In this document: positions 26,088 to 39,946 of the stretch, piece by piece
How the letters are laid out: each line of letters starts with the position of its first letter
How positions within the stretch are numbered: position 1 is the first letter of the stretch
Assembly: GCA_040437565.1 (NCBI GenBank)
Contig: JBDOQK010000064.1
Coordinates: 124,001 to 188,000 of the forward strand
Reading direction: 5' to 3'
DNA length: 64,000 nt
DNA from: Albugo candida
Taxonomy: Eukaryota
Notes under the pieces: generated by a model
What the model saw: only the letters and a program-made list of their open reading frames with translations
Told to the model about the DNA's origin: nothing
Databases searched by the model: none
Made by a program: the position numbers and the translations under genes

Positions 26088-27076
26088 TTATTTCATCATC
26101 GTCACAGAATACCGCTTGGCAAACGTCGCGCCAAAGACCCATTTACATGGAGATTCGGTTGGTACAATTGCCATGAAGCAATTTTCTTCGGGCGCTCCAG
26201 ATAGTTTCTCTTTGCCGGGAATCTTCATGATATATTCTCGACTTGTGAGCTTGTATTGATTTCCATTGGATTCAGGTGTAAAAATTATTGATGGCATTTG
26301 ATCAAGCGATTTATCATGACAAGCAAAGCTCGTATCAGAGCCCACCAACCGTAGGAGGTGAGCCTTAATCGTGTCATAAATCTCTTGCGGAACCTCGCTA
26401 ATCACTTTGGCAAAATCAAAGCAAACGCTGTGTCATCCAGATATCGTACTCTTGGCGCCACCTGTCGAAATCATCACCCCTGATTTGAGAGGACCGAGCA
26501 TGAAAGTAGATCCCATTTCCTCATTCATTGGAAAGTATTGGTAGGCCGGAGTAGTAGTATACCAAGTACTCTTCAGCCAAGTAAGTTGACGAACACCAAT
26601 GGTACCAAAGTACAATGTCGGCTCCTGCAATTCCTTCCATTCAAAGTGACTAAAACATCCTGGTAGTCCTTTGAGTCTTGTAGTGCTTTGACGATATCAG
26701 TCGAGAAGATCACGGTCGGGGTACATGCTTGCGTGGGGAGTTGTTCATCTACCTCATGGTCATGTTTTTTGGACAGATATTTGCCAAAGCATTTCATGGT
26801 GTTCGACCTCGACAATTGAGCACGGAACGGATCGCAACGCGGATTTTTTAAGTGTATATGCAGTTGGCCGCGTTCCAGTATTTCGGCATCAAAAGAGGTA
26901 ACTTCCAATTCCCAAACATTATTTCCTTTGTTTATTGCAGGGAATGCTACCACGCCTTCTTTATAATTTTTTTCGGAAGGGTAAAGAATCACAAGTCTTA
27001 CGCCGACATCCGCATATGTTACGTAAATTTGCTGCAGAACTTGGAACGCGGAGATCCGAAGGAAAGTAGCTCTCAT
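26088..27076 (-). pseudogene. Pepsin-like pseudo-protease family, copy 1 (frameshift ~26630, premature TGA 26433-26435)
   Basis: MRATFLRISAFQVLQQIYVTYA..WELEVTSFDAE; ...TISG*HSVCFDFAKVISEVP..MPSIIF..EYIMKIP..CFMAIVP..WVFGATFAKRY. Paralog of 39947-41083. Confidence 0.85.
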
Positions 27077-27489
27077 GGCTTCAATTCAAAACTGAACACC
27101 GACATACTTTGGCTTGATATTTTCCATTTAAAGACTGCTATAAAAGCCCAGTGGCAACTGAATCTTGTAGACCACGGTTTTTAAATTATTTACCACAAGT
27201 GCACCGTTTCCAACCTTCGATATCGAAGAAATAAAGAAGCTTGAGCTTGATATATTTACACGATTTATTTCACTATGTCTGTGTTGTGAACACGAATTCC
27301 AAAAACACTGTGCTTGCATTTGCTTTGAAGAAACCGATCTGAGTCTTGACGCGTCAGTCCATAGATTGTTTACTTATTTCTTCCCGCAATGTGAGTTTAA
27401 ACAAATATGCAATATTCACGTAGCGATGAATGTATCGACAAAATTCTCCTCCAACTTTTTTCTGCTAAACTTTACCCGAGCGAATATCC

Positions 27490-27760
27490 ATTCATTCAGA
27501 TCACAACCTCTATCAATATAAGTGACTCACATAATTGAAAACGAGTGCTTGAAGCGCTGCCCAATATACAATAAGTGCAGTCATATTGTTGTACTTCGTC
27601 CTCAGGATTGCTATCGTATTCACCATTCACATAAATATCAACTAGAATTGTCTTTTTTCGTATCACCTGAGATGACAGTGATTCTTTGACAGCCACCACG
27701 CATCAAGTCGTAAATTCACCTTATGTGACACTCACGAGCGATGCTAGTGAGTAGCTTCAG
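27490..27760 (-). pseudogene. Degenerate 3' remnant of the PDR ABC transporter (unit 1)
   Basis: DNA similar to 41960-42220 (tattcaccattcacataa, ttgacagcca, gctagtgagta); translates VDIYVNGEYDSNPE versus VESYVNGEYDFNPE. Confidence 0.8.
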
Positions 27761-30700
27761 GGCATTTCTTGCAGCCTCTAATTGTTTTTACGGAAGTCCC
27801 ATGTGGTTGCTGTGTGTTGGTGTCGATGTTCCTATCAATTTTCTGCTGACTCGTAAGATGGAACAGGAATGAAGGAGTCTTTTCCACCTCTCACTCGAGT
27901 GACGCCATTTCATAAATGATTGAGTACTACGACATATCTAATGTGATGACGCATCGACCTCTTCGCAAAAATGTTTTTTAATCTTTGTGGATCAATTCTG
28001 GCAAAAACCGCTGCAATTGATGTGCCAATATTTTGAAAGTACTTCTTACATCGACAAANNNNNNNNNNNNNNNNNNNNNNNNNNNNNNNNNNNNNNNNNN
28101 NNNNNNNNNNNNNNNNNNNNNNNNNNNNNNNNNNNNNNNNNNNNNNNNNNNNNNNNNNTGGGATTTAAAGCTGTTCGCAACTATTTCTAGCACCAAATTC
28201 GCTCTCGATGTGATTGCTTCGACAGCTTGAGGATACTCGAATATACTAATGAACATTCCAAATTTTCGCCTTAGTGGTCAAGCTGGATTCCCAAAAACTC
28301 CTTTTTTGTATAGATGGTCCCTGCATGTCGTTGACTAAAATATTCAGAGCCTTTGTACACCACATCTACAGAATCATTAAAGCGCAAGAATTGTCTACAC
28401 TACATCTGCATGTCGGAAATGCTAATAAACATACTTTTCAGCCGGATGTTGGATTCACCCAAGGCTACCATAACCTAGTGCGAAAGCCATTCAAATCGTT
28501 TTGTTTCGTGTCGTCTTGTCTCACTCGAAGCATCGATAGATGAATCGAATAGTGCGTCAAATCATCAAATACGAGATGTGTTGCGGACGATTCGAATGCA
28601 TTAAAGAGTAATGTCTCAAAGAAGCACTCTTTACTCGGCCTGCACCGATAGATAGGTATACACTGTGAATATGCACCGGGGTATCATGAAACCCAAATAG
28701 TGATTTCGAATAATACCCTAGGTAAGCTCTTCAGCTTTTGGGTAGCCAGGAAGTGTTGAACGAAGATTGTCATCACATCGACACTAAGATTTTTCTTTCA
28801 AGTTTGATGCAGAATAGCACTGTTGACGTAACTGGAAAACATCTTGTGTTGCATTGTCGAATCTAATAAAAAATGAGACGATTCTACTTGTATACAATCA
28901 ATCGAATGTTTGATAGGACGTGTTTGATGAAATTACGATCATTTTCATGATTCTATAATCCTTGGCCGTGAGTTCCATATGTTGTATCACGTTGAGAAGC
29001 CCTTAGCATTCACGCCGTAGTGGACCAGTGATCAACTTTATTCACTACCTTGGAAGATTCTTCCAAAAAATAAGATTGACGGAGAGCTCGTCGATATCAC
29101 TAGAGAAAACGTCTCGCCAGAAATTTCGCACCAGTGGGCCAAGCCTTTATGCTCATCTCGGTGCGTAACAACGATAAGAGTAAGCTGATCGACAGTAAGC
29201 GACAATGATGGCCTGAAGTTGAAGTACTGACCCATCATTGAGATATTGGACCCAATGGGCATCTGCTTAAAGGGTGGGGAAGTAAACATGAGAAGTAATC
29301 CCATCAACGCTAATGAAACTATCTTCGGCACCGACCTCCACCACGACATTGCTTCCTCAAAGATTATTTTAAGCGCAAAGTTTCATCAACGCGTCGATCC
29401 CATCGCGTCGAAAGCGTAACATCTTCGCTGAGATTGTGTGCAAAAAATACTCGATTTATCATCAGTAGATGCTCTACTTCGTCCACCTACCTGTCATTTG
29501 AATCCATACGCGAGAGTAGGACACCGCTCATTTTGATCGGATGATCAAGTGCTGCTCAGATTATTTTGTTCACAACTGTGCAGAAATGGACCAGCTTGTT
29601 TGGTCGAAATTTGTACAGAGCGTTTTTAAAATCAATTTCCACTAGCTATCTAGATTCGCTAAACCGACTTGGTCTCCTCGTTATTCCGACCGTGGTCTGG
29701 CGATTTTGAGAAAGTATGCGGCCCGTTTTTGAAGTGACCACCGATTCTGGCATCCTTCAAGTGGTTAATTTAGATGCACTTTCCAGGCTCTAAATCGGCA
29801 AATTCTTCAACTTTTTCTATTTTGAACTTATAGATACGAGCACTGGACAGCAATGGGTCGCCAACGCAAGGAGCGCACGAGGTCGTGCTTTGGCGACTAT
29901 TTACGGAAACGGTCTCAAGCTACTTCCATTTTACTCGATCCCAAACCAATCCACACGTGAACTAGAGACGACTTATCTTCCAGGTACAGGAGGGTAGGAG
30001 GTGAATTGTTAAAATCACGTGCGCCGTGTGCTGTGACAGTGGCAGGAGTGCCGAACCCCAACGATATCTGATCGGAAGCTTCCGTTACGCTTTCCTCTCA
30101 CAGGATAGAGAAGCTTCTCGTATACGCTTTCACACTTAGGGGTGCTAAATTGCAATTTCCACGTGAAAATCACGAATCCCTGGCACGAAACCGTTTCCCA
30201 GGAAATATTAAAGACCACTGGATATCCCAGGCCGTGAAGGGGACGTAAAATGTGCATCCTCTCTTCTCCACTCCAAAATCAGATACACCAAGGAAGTATT
30301 TGAATTCGAGAGAATTGTATTCATAAAAACACAATGAGCCCCGACGATGGTTTCCCGTTTTTGCATTCCAGCTGTTGACATGCGTCTCGGTAGAAACCAA
30401 TGTCCATACCATCGGGCATTTTCGATACCCCGTCCACCGAAGCTCAAACGGAAGAACAAACCTAGCAGGCCTGATGTCGTTGATTCGAGTCACGGTAACG
30501 TGGGTAGTGCTTTGAGCTCACACAAGCGGAGGCTTCTATAGTATTTGCCGCCCCAGATTTGAAGCGAGGTCGAATCATAAGAGAAGGTAGGTCTAACTAT
30601 ACACGATATGGGTCAAAAAGAAGACGACCCAAGGATGTCCTGTGTCTTTTCTTCATCTATATGATTCGATCAAAGCGTGTCTCTCCACCAAGAAGCAATC

Positions 30701-31538
30701 TGAGAGATTCTCTTGAAGTCGAGTTGCTCAAGCTGCTTCGAAAGAGTTGATTTCACTAAACATTTTCTATTTGAGATTTTTATGCATACATGCATTGATG
30801 ATTCTTGACACTGTTGAAGAATGGTGTAATGAAAGGCTCCAGCACAACCAAAGTCTTCAAATCGCCACGGATTTTTGCATTTTGGGTTATATTGTGCCGT
30901 TACACCTACCAACAACACATGCTCCTGGTTCTTTTGCTAGCTTAACGGTCGACCCTAGCAAGAGTTTCTTTAACTCTCACAAAAAATCTTATCGAATAGC
31001 TTTATTCAGACAGGAGTTTCGAATTCAGAGAGCGATGGTGCACTCGAAGCTTGCTGGAGCATTATTAATCCTTCGCGGAAATGGACAGCACACCGGTCCG
31101 GCGACCGGCCTTGCACTCAATCTACCAGCAATACACTGAGTGTCTAGAAGATTAGATTACCAACTTTGAATGCGCGAAAGCTGAAATGAAGTGCACAGAT
31201 AGAGTTAGTCGAATGTGGTCCTACTAGGCTTTATAGAAGTAAGTATTGTTGTGCACAGCAGCAGACTGTTTCTTTGGTATTCGATAACACGATTCGATTC
31301 GCCCAGTCAGTATCACGTTGGAGGCGCGGTGAGGTTGTAATACATGATTGCTCGTGGTGATGCATTGTTTAACACAAGGCGGCAAGATTTGATTGGGATG
31401 ATACTTCATATCTCCAGAGCTCTAGAATTCAGTCAGTGGGTGGGATATAGATTTGAGGATGTCAAGCTTTTTGCAACCGTCGAAAGACCTGATTTATTGA
31501 GATGAATTTCTTTGAAATATAACACCAGGTTCTATTAA

Positions 31539-33022
31539 TCAGTGCGGCATAAACGCATATACGCGATTTCTACCGAAATGAACATTCTTGATCTCCAGAG
31601 TATACCGCTTGGCGAACGTGGCGCCTAAGACCCAGTCGTAAGGAACTTCGCTTGCTACGATTGCCATGTAGCATTTCCCTCTCGACGATTCAGGCTCTCC
31701 CGCGTTGGCAGGCATCTTCACAATATATTCGTTACCTGTTAACTCGAATTCTTGATCATTCGTTTTGGTTTTAAATTTTATTGACGGCATTCGATGAGGC
31801 AAATCATCATCACAATCGAAGCTCGGATCGGAAACGCTCATCGTTGGGAGACAAGCCACCATCATGTCATACACTTCTTTCGGAACCTCAGTGACGACTC
31901 TGGAAAAATTAAAGTAAAGATTTTGGCGCTCAGGTATCGCACTCTTATCTGTGCCTGTATAATATGTGGCCGATGAGATGATAGGACCGAGTATATTCGA
32001 TCGCATTGGGAAGAAACAGGGTGTATCAGCATAATGTTTGAGTTTCCACCAGGAGGAATGATCAGGAGGAATTCTACCAATGTACAGCATCNNNNNNNNN
32101 NNNNNNNNNNNNNNNNNNNNNNNNNNNNNNNNNNNNNNNNNNNNNNNNNNNNNNNNNNNNNNNNNNNNNNNNNNNNNNNNNNNNNNNNNNNATTCGTTTT
32201 GGTTTTAAATTTTATTGACGGCATTCGATGAGGCAAATCATCATCACAATCGAAGCTCGGATCGGAAACGCTCATCGTTGGGAGACAAGCCACCATCATG
32301 TCATACACTTCTTTCGGAACCTCAGTGACGACTCTGGAAAAATTAAAGTAAAGATTTTGGCGCTCAGGTATCGCACTCTTATCTGTGCCTGTATAATATG
32401 TGGCCGATGAGATGATAGGACCGAGTATATTCGATCGCATTGGGAAGAAACAGGGTGTATCAGCATAATGTTTGAGTTTCCACCAGGAGGAATGATCAGG
32501 AGGAATTCTACCAATGTACAGCATCGGTTCGGGTTCCTTCCATGTAAAAGTGAGAATCATTGTTTCGTCCCCAATCACGTCTAGTATTGCTTTGATGAAA
32601 TCAGTTGAAAAAATCAGTTTCTCGCGAGACAAGTTTTGCTGGAGTAATTTATAACTATCAGTTTGGACCATTTGTACAGAAGATTTTTTTTTGCGGCGCA
32701 GGAGCTTCCCAGAGAATTTTTTTTTCATTTTAGACATGCGAGCTTCTTTGTCATTCGGCGCATTATCTTCAACTGAGTGCTGATTCCTACTGTTGAAGTA
32801 CACAAATATTTGTCTGGGTTCTAATTGCTCAGCTTCAAACCAAGTAAGTTCTAATTTCCATGCGTTATTGTTTACAATTTCTGCAGGTAAAACTAGCAGG
32901 CTTTCTCGTTCATATCTTTCTGGAGGATGAAACACCTCGACTTTCACGTTATAATTCGCGTATGTTACGTCTAATTTTTGTAATATTTGGTGCGCGAAAA
33001 ATTGAAGCAAAGAAGCTCTCAT
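31539..33022 (-). CDS. Pepsin-like pseudo-protease family, copy 2 (intact, ~349 aa after collapsing the gap overlap), putatively secreted
   Basis: 31758-32091 is repeated at 32192-32525 across the gap; collapsing it gives a 1050-bp ORF. N-terminus MRASLLQFFAHQILQKLDVTYA, basic patch KMKKKFSGKLLRRKKK, C-terminus CYMAIVASEVPYDWVLGATFAKRY. Confidence 0.85.
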
Positions 33023-33779
33023 TGGGACTCTAAATTTATAAATGAGAACTCAAACTTTTCCATCGGAATGAGATGTGCCATTTTTAAATCTTTCATAAAA
33101 GCCTATTGGCAGCTGACTTGTCCAAAGTGCGGAAACATTTCTCAGTTACAGACCACGTTTTAAAATTTATTCATATAGCACAGGTCAACGTTTTCAACCT
33201 TCGATATCGAAGCACAGATATGCGCAAGCTTGAGGTTATTTATGTAGACATTTATATCATGTTTTGCAATTAGAATTACATTATTTTCAGCCCAGTGTGG
33301 TGAACACCACATTAGGGAATGCGTTAATTTCGATCATCACAAGCACAGGCATCGTCTTATATTGTGGTGGAATGCAGTAGCCACAATAAAGCATGACATA
33401 TTATCATATCACACAGGTAAGCTCTTGAAAAGTTTCTGTATGTAAATTTACTATACAAAATAGCCTAGGTNNNNNNNNNNNNNNNNNNNNNNNNNNNNNN
33501 NNNNNNNNNNNNNNNNNNNNNNNNNNNNNNNNNNNNNNNNNNNNNNNNNNNNNNNNNNNNNNNNNNNNNNAAACAATACTAGCAGAGGTTTCATGACTGA
33601 GGCCGTACTCCAAATCGCCATGTACAGCAGCATTACATAGAGTCTTTCCCTATTTTTTTCCAACAGCTAAAATTAAAGCTGTCTACTATCATGATGCAGA
33701 ATGTAATATAAATGAAACGATTTACGATGTATGCGTGCACAAACTTCTCCACCGCCTTTGTTCTGTCGGGTGTTCCCCG

Positions 33780-34260
33780 ATCCAACAGCGCTTACAAGTT
33801 AAAATCTCAATGAGTGATTGAACTGCTACCCAGAATACAATAAGTGCAACCATATAATTTACTTGTATACAGCGCTGTAATCGTACTCACTATACACATA
33901 AACCTCAACTGACATTGTTTTGTTCGTATCACCCAAGGTGACCGTGATCATTTGACAGCCATCTGGCACCAAGTCGGAGAATTCACCAAATTGAATACTG
34001 ACCAGCGCTGCTAGTGAGTAACTTGAGCCCATCAAGTACTTAGATCATTCATATGACGACCTCATTCGAGCGGGAGCGCACCCCGAAATTCTACTTTGAA
34101 TCGTGAGAAGCATCGACACCGCACACGACATCTCGATAACAGTCATCAAGTTGATCAGTCCAATAAAACGCATACCCTTACAAAGCAGCCCAATATGTGC
34201 GCTCTTTATCTTGGTTCTATTAGATCCAACTGGATTGAACGTTGTTGGACACTTGTTTTG
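33780..34260 (-). pseudogene. Degenerate 3' remnant of the PDR ABC transporter (unit 2), internally deleted
   Basis: HIGLLCKGMRFIGLINLMTVIEMSCA|VSMLLTI..PARMRSSY versus HIGLIYNSMDFIGVINLMTVIEISCA..VSMFLTI..PTRMRSFY; DNA nearly identical to 42100-42260. Confidence 0.88.
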
Positions 34261-35324
34261 CACCCAGAATTGACGTCTGGCTACAGAACAACGGCAAGGA
34301 GCTCCTTTGAATGCTTTTTAATTATTTGATTCGATAAAAGTATACATCTTTATAAAGAGACTGAGCCGAGGAAGCAATATCTTACATTTCTTTAATGACA
34401 GCCGGGCGTTTTTATCCCAAAATGGCTCGTGCTTAAGCTTCAGATGCGTTATTTTTAATGTCTGGTTATGTATGTACCCAGTAGATTTATGCGTGGATCA
34501 ATGACGCTCGATATGAGTAAGAGAAGCCAACACAAGCGCAACGAAAACCACAATTCAGGCTTTCTAATTGCTATGGCTCTGCACCTTCGACTTCATCCGT
34601 TAAAAGAGCGGCAACATATCACTTAGACCAACAACAAATGCTCATTTGCTTCTACGAGTTTGGCCCCTACAAGCGAGCCTGTCAATCTCAGCAAAAATCT
34701 ATAAAACAGCTTATATGCAGACTGTGATTTCTCGAAGCGATCGTACATTCATAATCTGCAAAACCGATTGCAAACTCTGGGGGGAAACGGACAATGCGTC
34801 TATCCACCGACAAACCCTTCACTAAATAATCAGCAAATGTACTGAAGTCTTCGAACATTAGATTGTTGACTTTTCGAATGCGCAAAAGCCGACGCGATCT
34901 ATCGAAATACAATCTCACAAATGTGACCCTGCTAGGGTCTACAAGAAACTATCGCTGTGCAAGTAACAGACTGTTAATGCGGTAATACATAGCACGATAG
35001 GATTCGTCCCGTTAGTATCGCTCTGTCGGAAAGCAAACGATGATTACGTAGGATATCTAGCTATTTAAGTAATTCATCATTGCTGGTGGCGATGCCTCGC
35101 TTACTGCCAAGGCTGCGAGATATAATTTGGAAGACTGAAATGGGTGTCTGAAGTTCAAGAATTTATTCAGGCAATGAGAGACTAGAGGTGAGCATCTTGA
35201 GCTTTTTGAGCATTTTGCAACCGTCATAGGCGCTTATTTCATAGAATAAATCTCTTCGAAATGATACACCAGGTTCTGTTTACGCGTGCAGCGTGATCGC
35301 ATACCCGTGCTCACGTTCATTATC

Positions 35325-36337
35325 CTACCATCTTGTGAAGTTGAATGTATACCGTTTGAGGAATGTAGCGCCGAAGACCCATCTGTCACCATTTGTACTT
35401 GCTTTAATTGCCATGTAATTCTGTCCTCCTGAAGTTCCAGAATTTTTCTCTGTGGCAGGCATCCCACAATATATTCTTGGCTTGTAAACTCGTATAATTG
35501 TTGTGTACATGCACCTTTAAGCTTTATTGATGGCAGTCGATATAGCTCACGATGAGTACAATCAAAGCTTGTATCGGTTCCCGTCAACCGTATAAGACGG
35601 GCTTTCATCGTTTCGTAGAATTCTGACGGAACTTCGCTGATAATTCTTGCGAAAGCGAAGTAAATTTCATGCTCTTTGTGCATTGCACTCTCCAGGCCGT
35701 CTATCGAATGTGTCATTTCCAAGTTGATAGGACCGAGCATCTGACCAGATTGTTTCTTCCTAGCATTTTTAACGTAAAAAAAGATGTGGATAATTACGAC
35801 TCCTGATTCCGATCCGATTAAAGTGTTCACCAATACCAGCGGAGCCAAAGTATAGCGTGGGCTTCTCCAACCGCTTCCAAGATAAAGTGAGAATATGATC
35901 GTAGTTCCAATCCATATCCACGATTGCGTCGTTGATATCAGCTGAAAAAACGAAGCTTCTGGCCAATGAATGCGGGAGTAGTAGATCATAGGCATGGCTG
36001 TGATGTCTTTCTGGTGACGATTTTGATTTGAAGGACAGAACTTCTCATATGGCTTTCTTCAAGCTTCCAGACTTCTGCCTATTCAGTTCGTGTTCTATTG
36101 GGAACATCAAGTTAATAGGCGGTCGAGTGCCATCTGATTGTTGAGCATCACCATAAGTAACTTCCACTTTCCATGCATTATCGTTTACAATTGTTGCAGG
36201 GAATACTAGCACGCTTTCGGGTCGATATATTTCTAGAGGATGAAATACCTCGAGTGTGACGTAGAAACCCGCATATATTACATCTGCCTTCCGCAATATC
36301 TGAAGCGCACAGATTTGTGGAGAAAAGCAACTATCAT
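35325..36337 (-). pseudogene. Pepsin-like pseudo-protease family, copy 3 (multiple frameshifts and stops)
   Basis: ATG at 36337 is out of frame with ICALQILRKADVIYAG. Pieces lie in different frames: WKVEVTYGDAQ / FVFSADINDAI..KPTLYFG / IYFAFARIISEVP / YMAIKAS..WVFGATFLKRY. Confidence 0.85.
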
Positions 36338-36949
36338 CGAGACCGTAAAGCTGAAACTGACCACTAGACTTCTTCATTGGCCTGAGATGTTTCAGCTGAT
36401 TTTTCCCAAATGCGAAAGCATTTCCGCCAATCATAAGATCACGGCTCTCATTTTGACCATAAAAGCAACGTTTCGACCTTCGATATCGAAGCAAAAAATA
36501 GAACCAAGCATTACCTATGGAGCTGTGACGTTGGACGAGTACAGAAGCACGATTATGTTGAGTACCCTTATATATGTCTATATCTGGCCTTGCACTAAGT
36601 TCAGTATAGTGTGGTAAACACCACATTGGGGAATGCGGTAATTCCTCTTAAGCTCACTTGTAGGTGAGTCTGTATTACTACTGGATAATTTGACCAAGTG
36701 GCTTCTCTAGTTGCCCAGGCTATCTGAAATGACGTATATAAACATAAAAAACAGATCGTGAAATTACCTGTGCGAGATGATAATATGTATTTTCGTTGAT
36801 TGTCCTGTATTGTGGTAGACTCGACCACTACACTACGAGACTGTCTCCATCGTGTAAATGAAAAAAGTTGTGAAGATGTTCCAAAAGTACCGTGTTTTGG
36901 AAATAGGCGTGCGCCACACTAGCTCCAATGTAGCCATCCAACTAGGATT

Positions 36950-37750
36950 AGGATCCAAGTTGCACTTGCATTTTTACTTGTCTGTGTCGTACCAGCAGCA
37001 ATGATCTTCAACTTCTGAACAATCCACCGAATGATACTTGCGCTGCGAGTTGAGCCAACACCTTGGCAAGACGAATACTTTCGTCTTGATCGTAACGCTG
37101 TCTTCGAAAGTACCGAACGTTCGCACTATGCGTGGTGTAGATCACGAAAAGTGCTGGAACTGTCGGAGTTGCTGATCGCTGATCGAATAAACGACGGCTC
37201 CGATCTATCCCGACGAAGTGTAGTGTCACCGCTTACGATGCAATGCAATCTATAAATCTGATATAATATGCTGATATTATTTCCATCCCGGCCGTAATGC
37301 TGCCACAATTGCACATGCAATTTACGACCAGCGTGGTCGGAAGAAGAAAACCTGATCCCAACTAGGGAGTAACTCCCTCCATAATTGTGCCGTGTGGTCG
37401 CACTCGAGAAAGAGATGGTGATCGGATTCCGCTGCGCCACGCCACACAAGGCTGTGTGCACAATATAAAATTGGGCTGAATTTCCTTTGGGAACCAGATA
37501 CGATATCGAACTGACAACATCCGAAAGTCCAGATTAAACTAGATTTTCGAAAATGGGTAATACACGTTCCCGAAGATGCCGTGATGTGGCCATAAATGTT
37601 CCAGATCGAGTGCGTTCGATCTCTCCCGTGATGACCAATGTGTCGACATCGGATGCTATCCCAAGCACAGCATGTCTTGTATTGTCGTGGGATGCAGCAG
37701 CCGCAATATAAAATAAAAGATTGTCAGCAGCCTGACATAGTATCATCCCA
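36950..37750 (-). mobile_element. Degenerate non-LTR (L1-like LINE) 3' fragment with zf-RVT motif
   Basis: The minus frame at ~37350-37470 reads LYCAHSLVWRGAAESDHHLFLECDHTAQLWRELLPSW, followed by LHFVGIDRSRRLFD (IWxxRNxRxF-like). Boundaries are approximate. Confidence 0.72.
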
Positions 37751-38249
37751 CACAGGTAAGCTCTTCGTATTTAGATGTACTACAAGAATAATTCAAGTGT
37801 TCAGGAAGCCAGTTAGTTAGTCGAATTCTGGTAATAAAGACACCTTCAACTAGCCTGGGACCAGCTGGATTGTTATTCATATATCTGAACAGCTACGTTC
37901 TGATAGATTCTGCCATTAGGTATGTACGAGTTGGCGTCGCAGTTACATGGATAAATATAAACCTTGGGAAGAAATAATTTTGAGCATGGGACACCACAAA
38001 TCAAAAGCCAGAAACAAAGAAAGGTTGTTCCGACTCAGGCCGTGTACAATTTCTCATATAGGGCAGTATATCATTTCCATACACACATGAAGCTTAGGAA
38101 CCCAGCCTGACTCTTAATGCGTCAGTACACACATCATTTACTTATTTTCTTCTACAATGTGACTATTTTTAAGCAAACGGGTAATATAAACGAAACATTC
38201 AACATTAATTTGTATGAATAAACTACTCCGCCTTTGTTCTATCAAGTGT

Positions 38250-38840
38250 TCCTCGAGCCAGCAGCATCCTCAAATCACAATCTCTAGTGACTCACATGCT
38301 TCAACGTGAGGAAAAGGAATGCTTGAACCGCTAACCAGAATGCAATAAGTACAACCGTATTGTTGTACTTTGTCCTCGGGATTGCAATCGTACTCACTAT
38401 TCACATAATCTTCAACTGACATTGTTTTGTTCGTATCATCCGAGATGGCCGTGATCATTTGACAGCCATTTAGCACCAAGTCGGAGCCACCAAATAATAC
38501 TGACAAGCGCTGCATATGAGTTACTTGAGTGCATCATGTTCGTGGAACCAGTTGCAAAATGACCTAAATCAAATAAGGAAAGAAAAAAGAGATACCATCT
38601 GCGCTGTTCCTTCTAACGAGACAAGACAGAATCGCGCGAGCATGGATACCGCAATCGATAGATACGGGACTTCCGTGAGAACAAGTAAAGGCTGAAAGAT
38701 AGCGTAATTCGACATTCGCACCCGGTATTCCGCAGCATGTTCCGCACACGATATCTCGATAGGAGGCAGCACATTCCGAGGAAGTCCCTCCTGTTATCGA
38801 TGAATTCAATATGTGGGTTATTGGTCTAGTGCATACCAGA
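38250..38840 (-). pseudogene. Degenerate 3' remnant of the PDR ABC transporter (unit 3)
   Basis: IEISCAEHAAEYRVRMSNY..EVPYLSIAVSML and GCQMITAISDDTNKTMSVEDYVNSEYDCNPE match the C-terminus of 41958-47157. Confidence 0.9.
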
Positions 38841-39946
38841 CCCCAGTTATTATCGTCGCGTCGACATCGTTTTGCATGTGCCACGCTTGTATCTAATTTC
38901 TGATTTTTGATTTCAGATGAACTAGAAGACGTAAAATTGAACATTAAGTACCTCCTTCCCACCCCTTCATCTACTTGTGTTATTCAATGTAATTTCCTGT
39001 ATAACAATATGGTGAGCGAAGAAAGCATTATGCTGCATTCTTTAAGACGTCGCGAGATTGTTTTTCAGTCCAAATGATTCTTGCTCAGGGCTTCTTCAGA
39101 TGAGTAACTTCCATGATTTTGATATGTATTTTCTCAGCTAAATTCTACATGTGCATTGAAATGCCTGTCCCCAATGGTAGAATCCTATGCACGTCCAAAG
39201 AAAGGCTTCAGCCCGACCGCGATCTCCCAATCGCTTTGTCTCTATACGTCTGCCTTATCCCGAAAGACACGAGAATCTATATTGTGCGACCATAGCCGAC
39301 AGCAATTGCTCTTTCTTTTACTTCTTTGAGTTTGATCCCAGCAAGCGACTCCAGAAAGCGTTGCTGTCAGTCTTGCCAGAAATCTTATCGGACAGCTTAT
39401 TCTTGGCTGTGAGTCACTGGTAATTCAAACTCATTGAAATGGCCGTCTATTCGCAAGCTGCAAAAGGGATTGTGTACGTCCGACAAAACAGAGAGAAGCT
39501 CATCCCGGTGACGAGTCCTGTCATTTGGTTCATCGACGAAGGTACCGCGGTTCTCAAAAATCGAATTGTTGACTTTTCGAAGGCGCAAAAGACAGAATGA
39601 TCTTCTCAGATGGAGTTTGACGTATCTGATTCTCGAAGATTCTAAGAAAAAACATTGTGATAAAAAGTAACAGCCTGTCATGTGGTTATTCGATAGCATT
39701 GAACAAGTCGCCTATCCAGTATCATAATCTTGCGTTAAAAAACGATGATTACGTATGAGACCCAGCGCTGGAGTATGCTGTGGATGGTGGTGGTGGTTAA
39801 TACCAACGTTACGGAGATATTGAGTAGATCAAAATATGTCTCTCGATATCGAAACTTTAGTCAGGCAATGAGAGATTACGATTGATTATGTTTAGCTTTT
39901 TGCGAGCGTCGAAGACACTTGCCTTATCGAAATAGATATCGCTGAA

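Noticed and set aside
28200-30900. Short ORFs in the long spacer between array units 1 and 2
   Set aside because: All frames examined are stop-interrupted and no family was recognised; possibly a decayed gene or TE.
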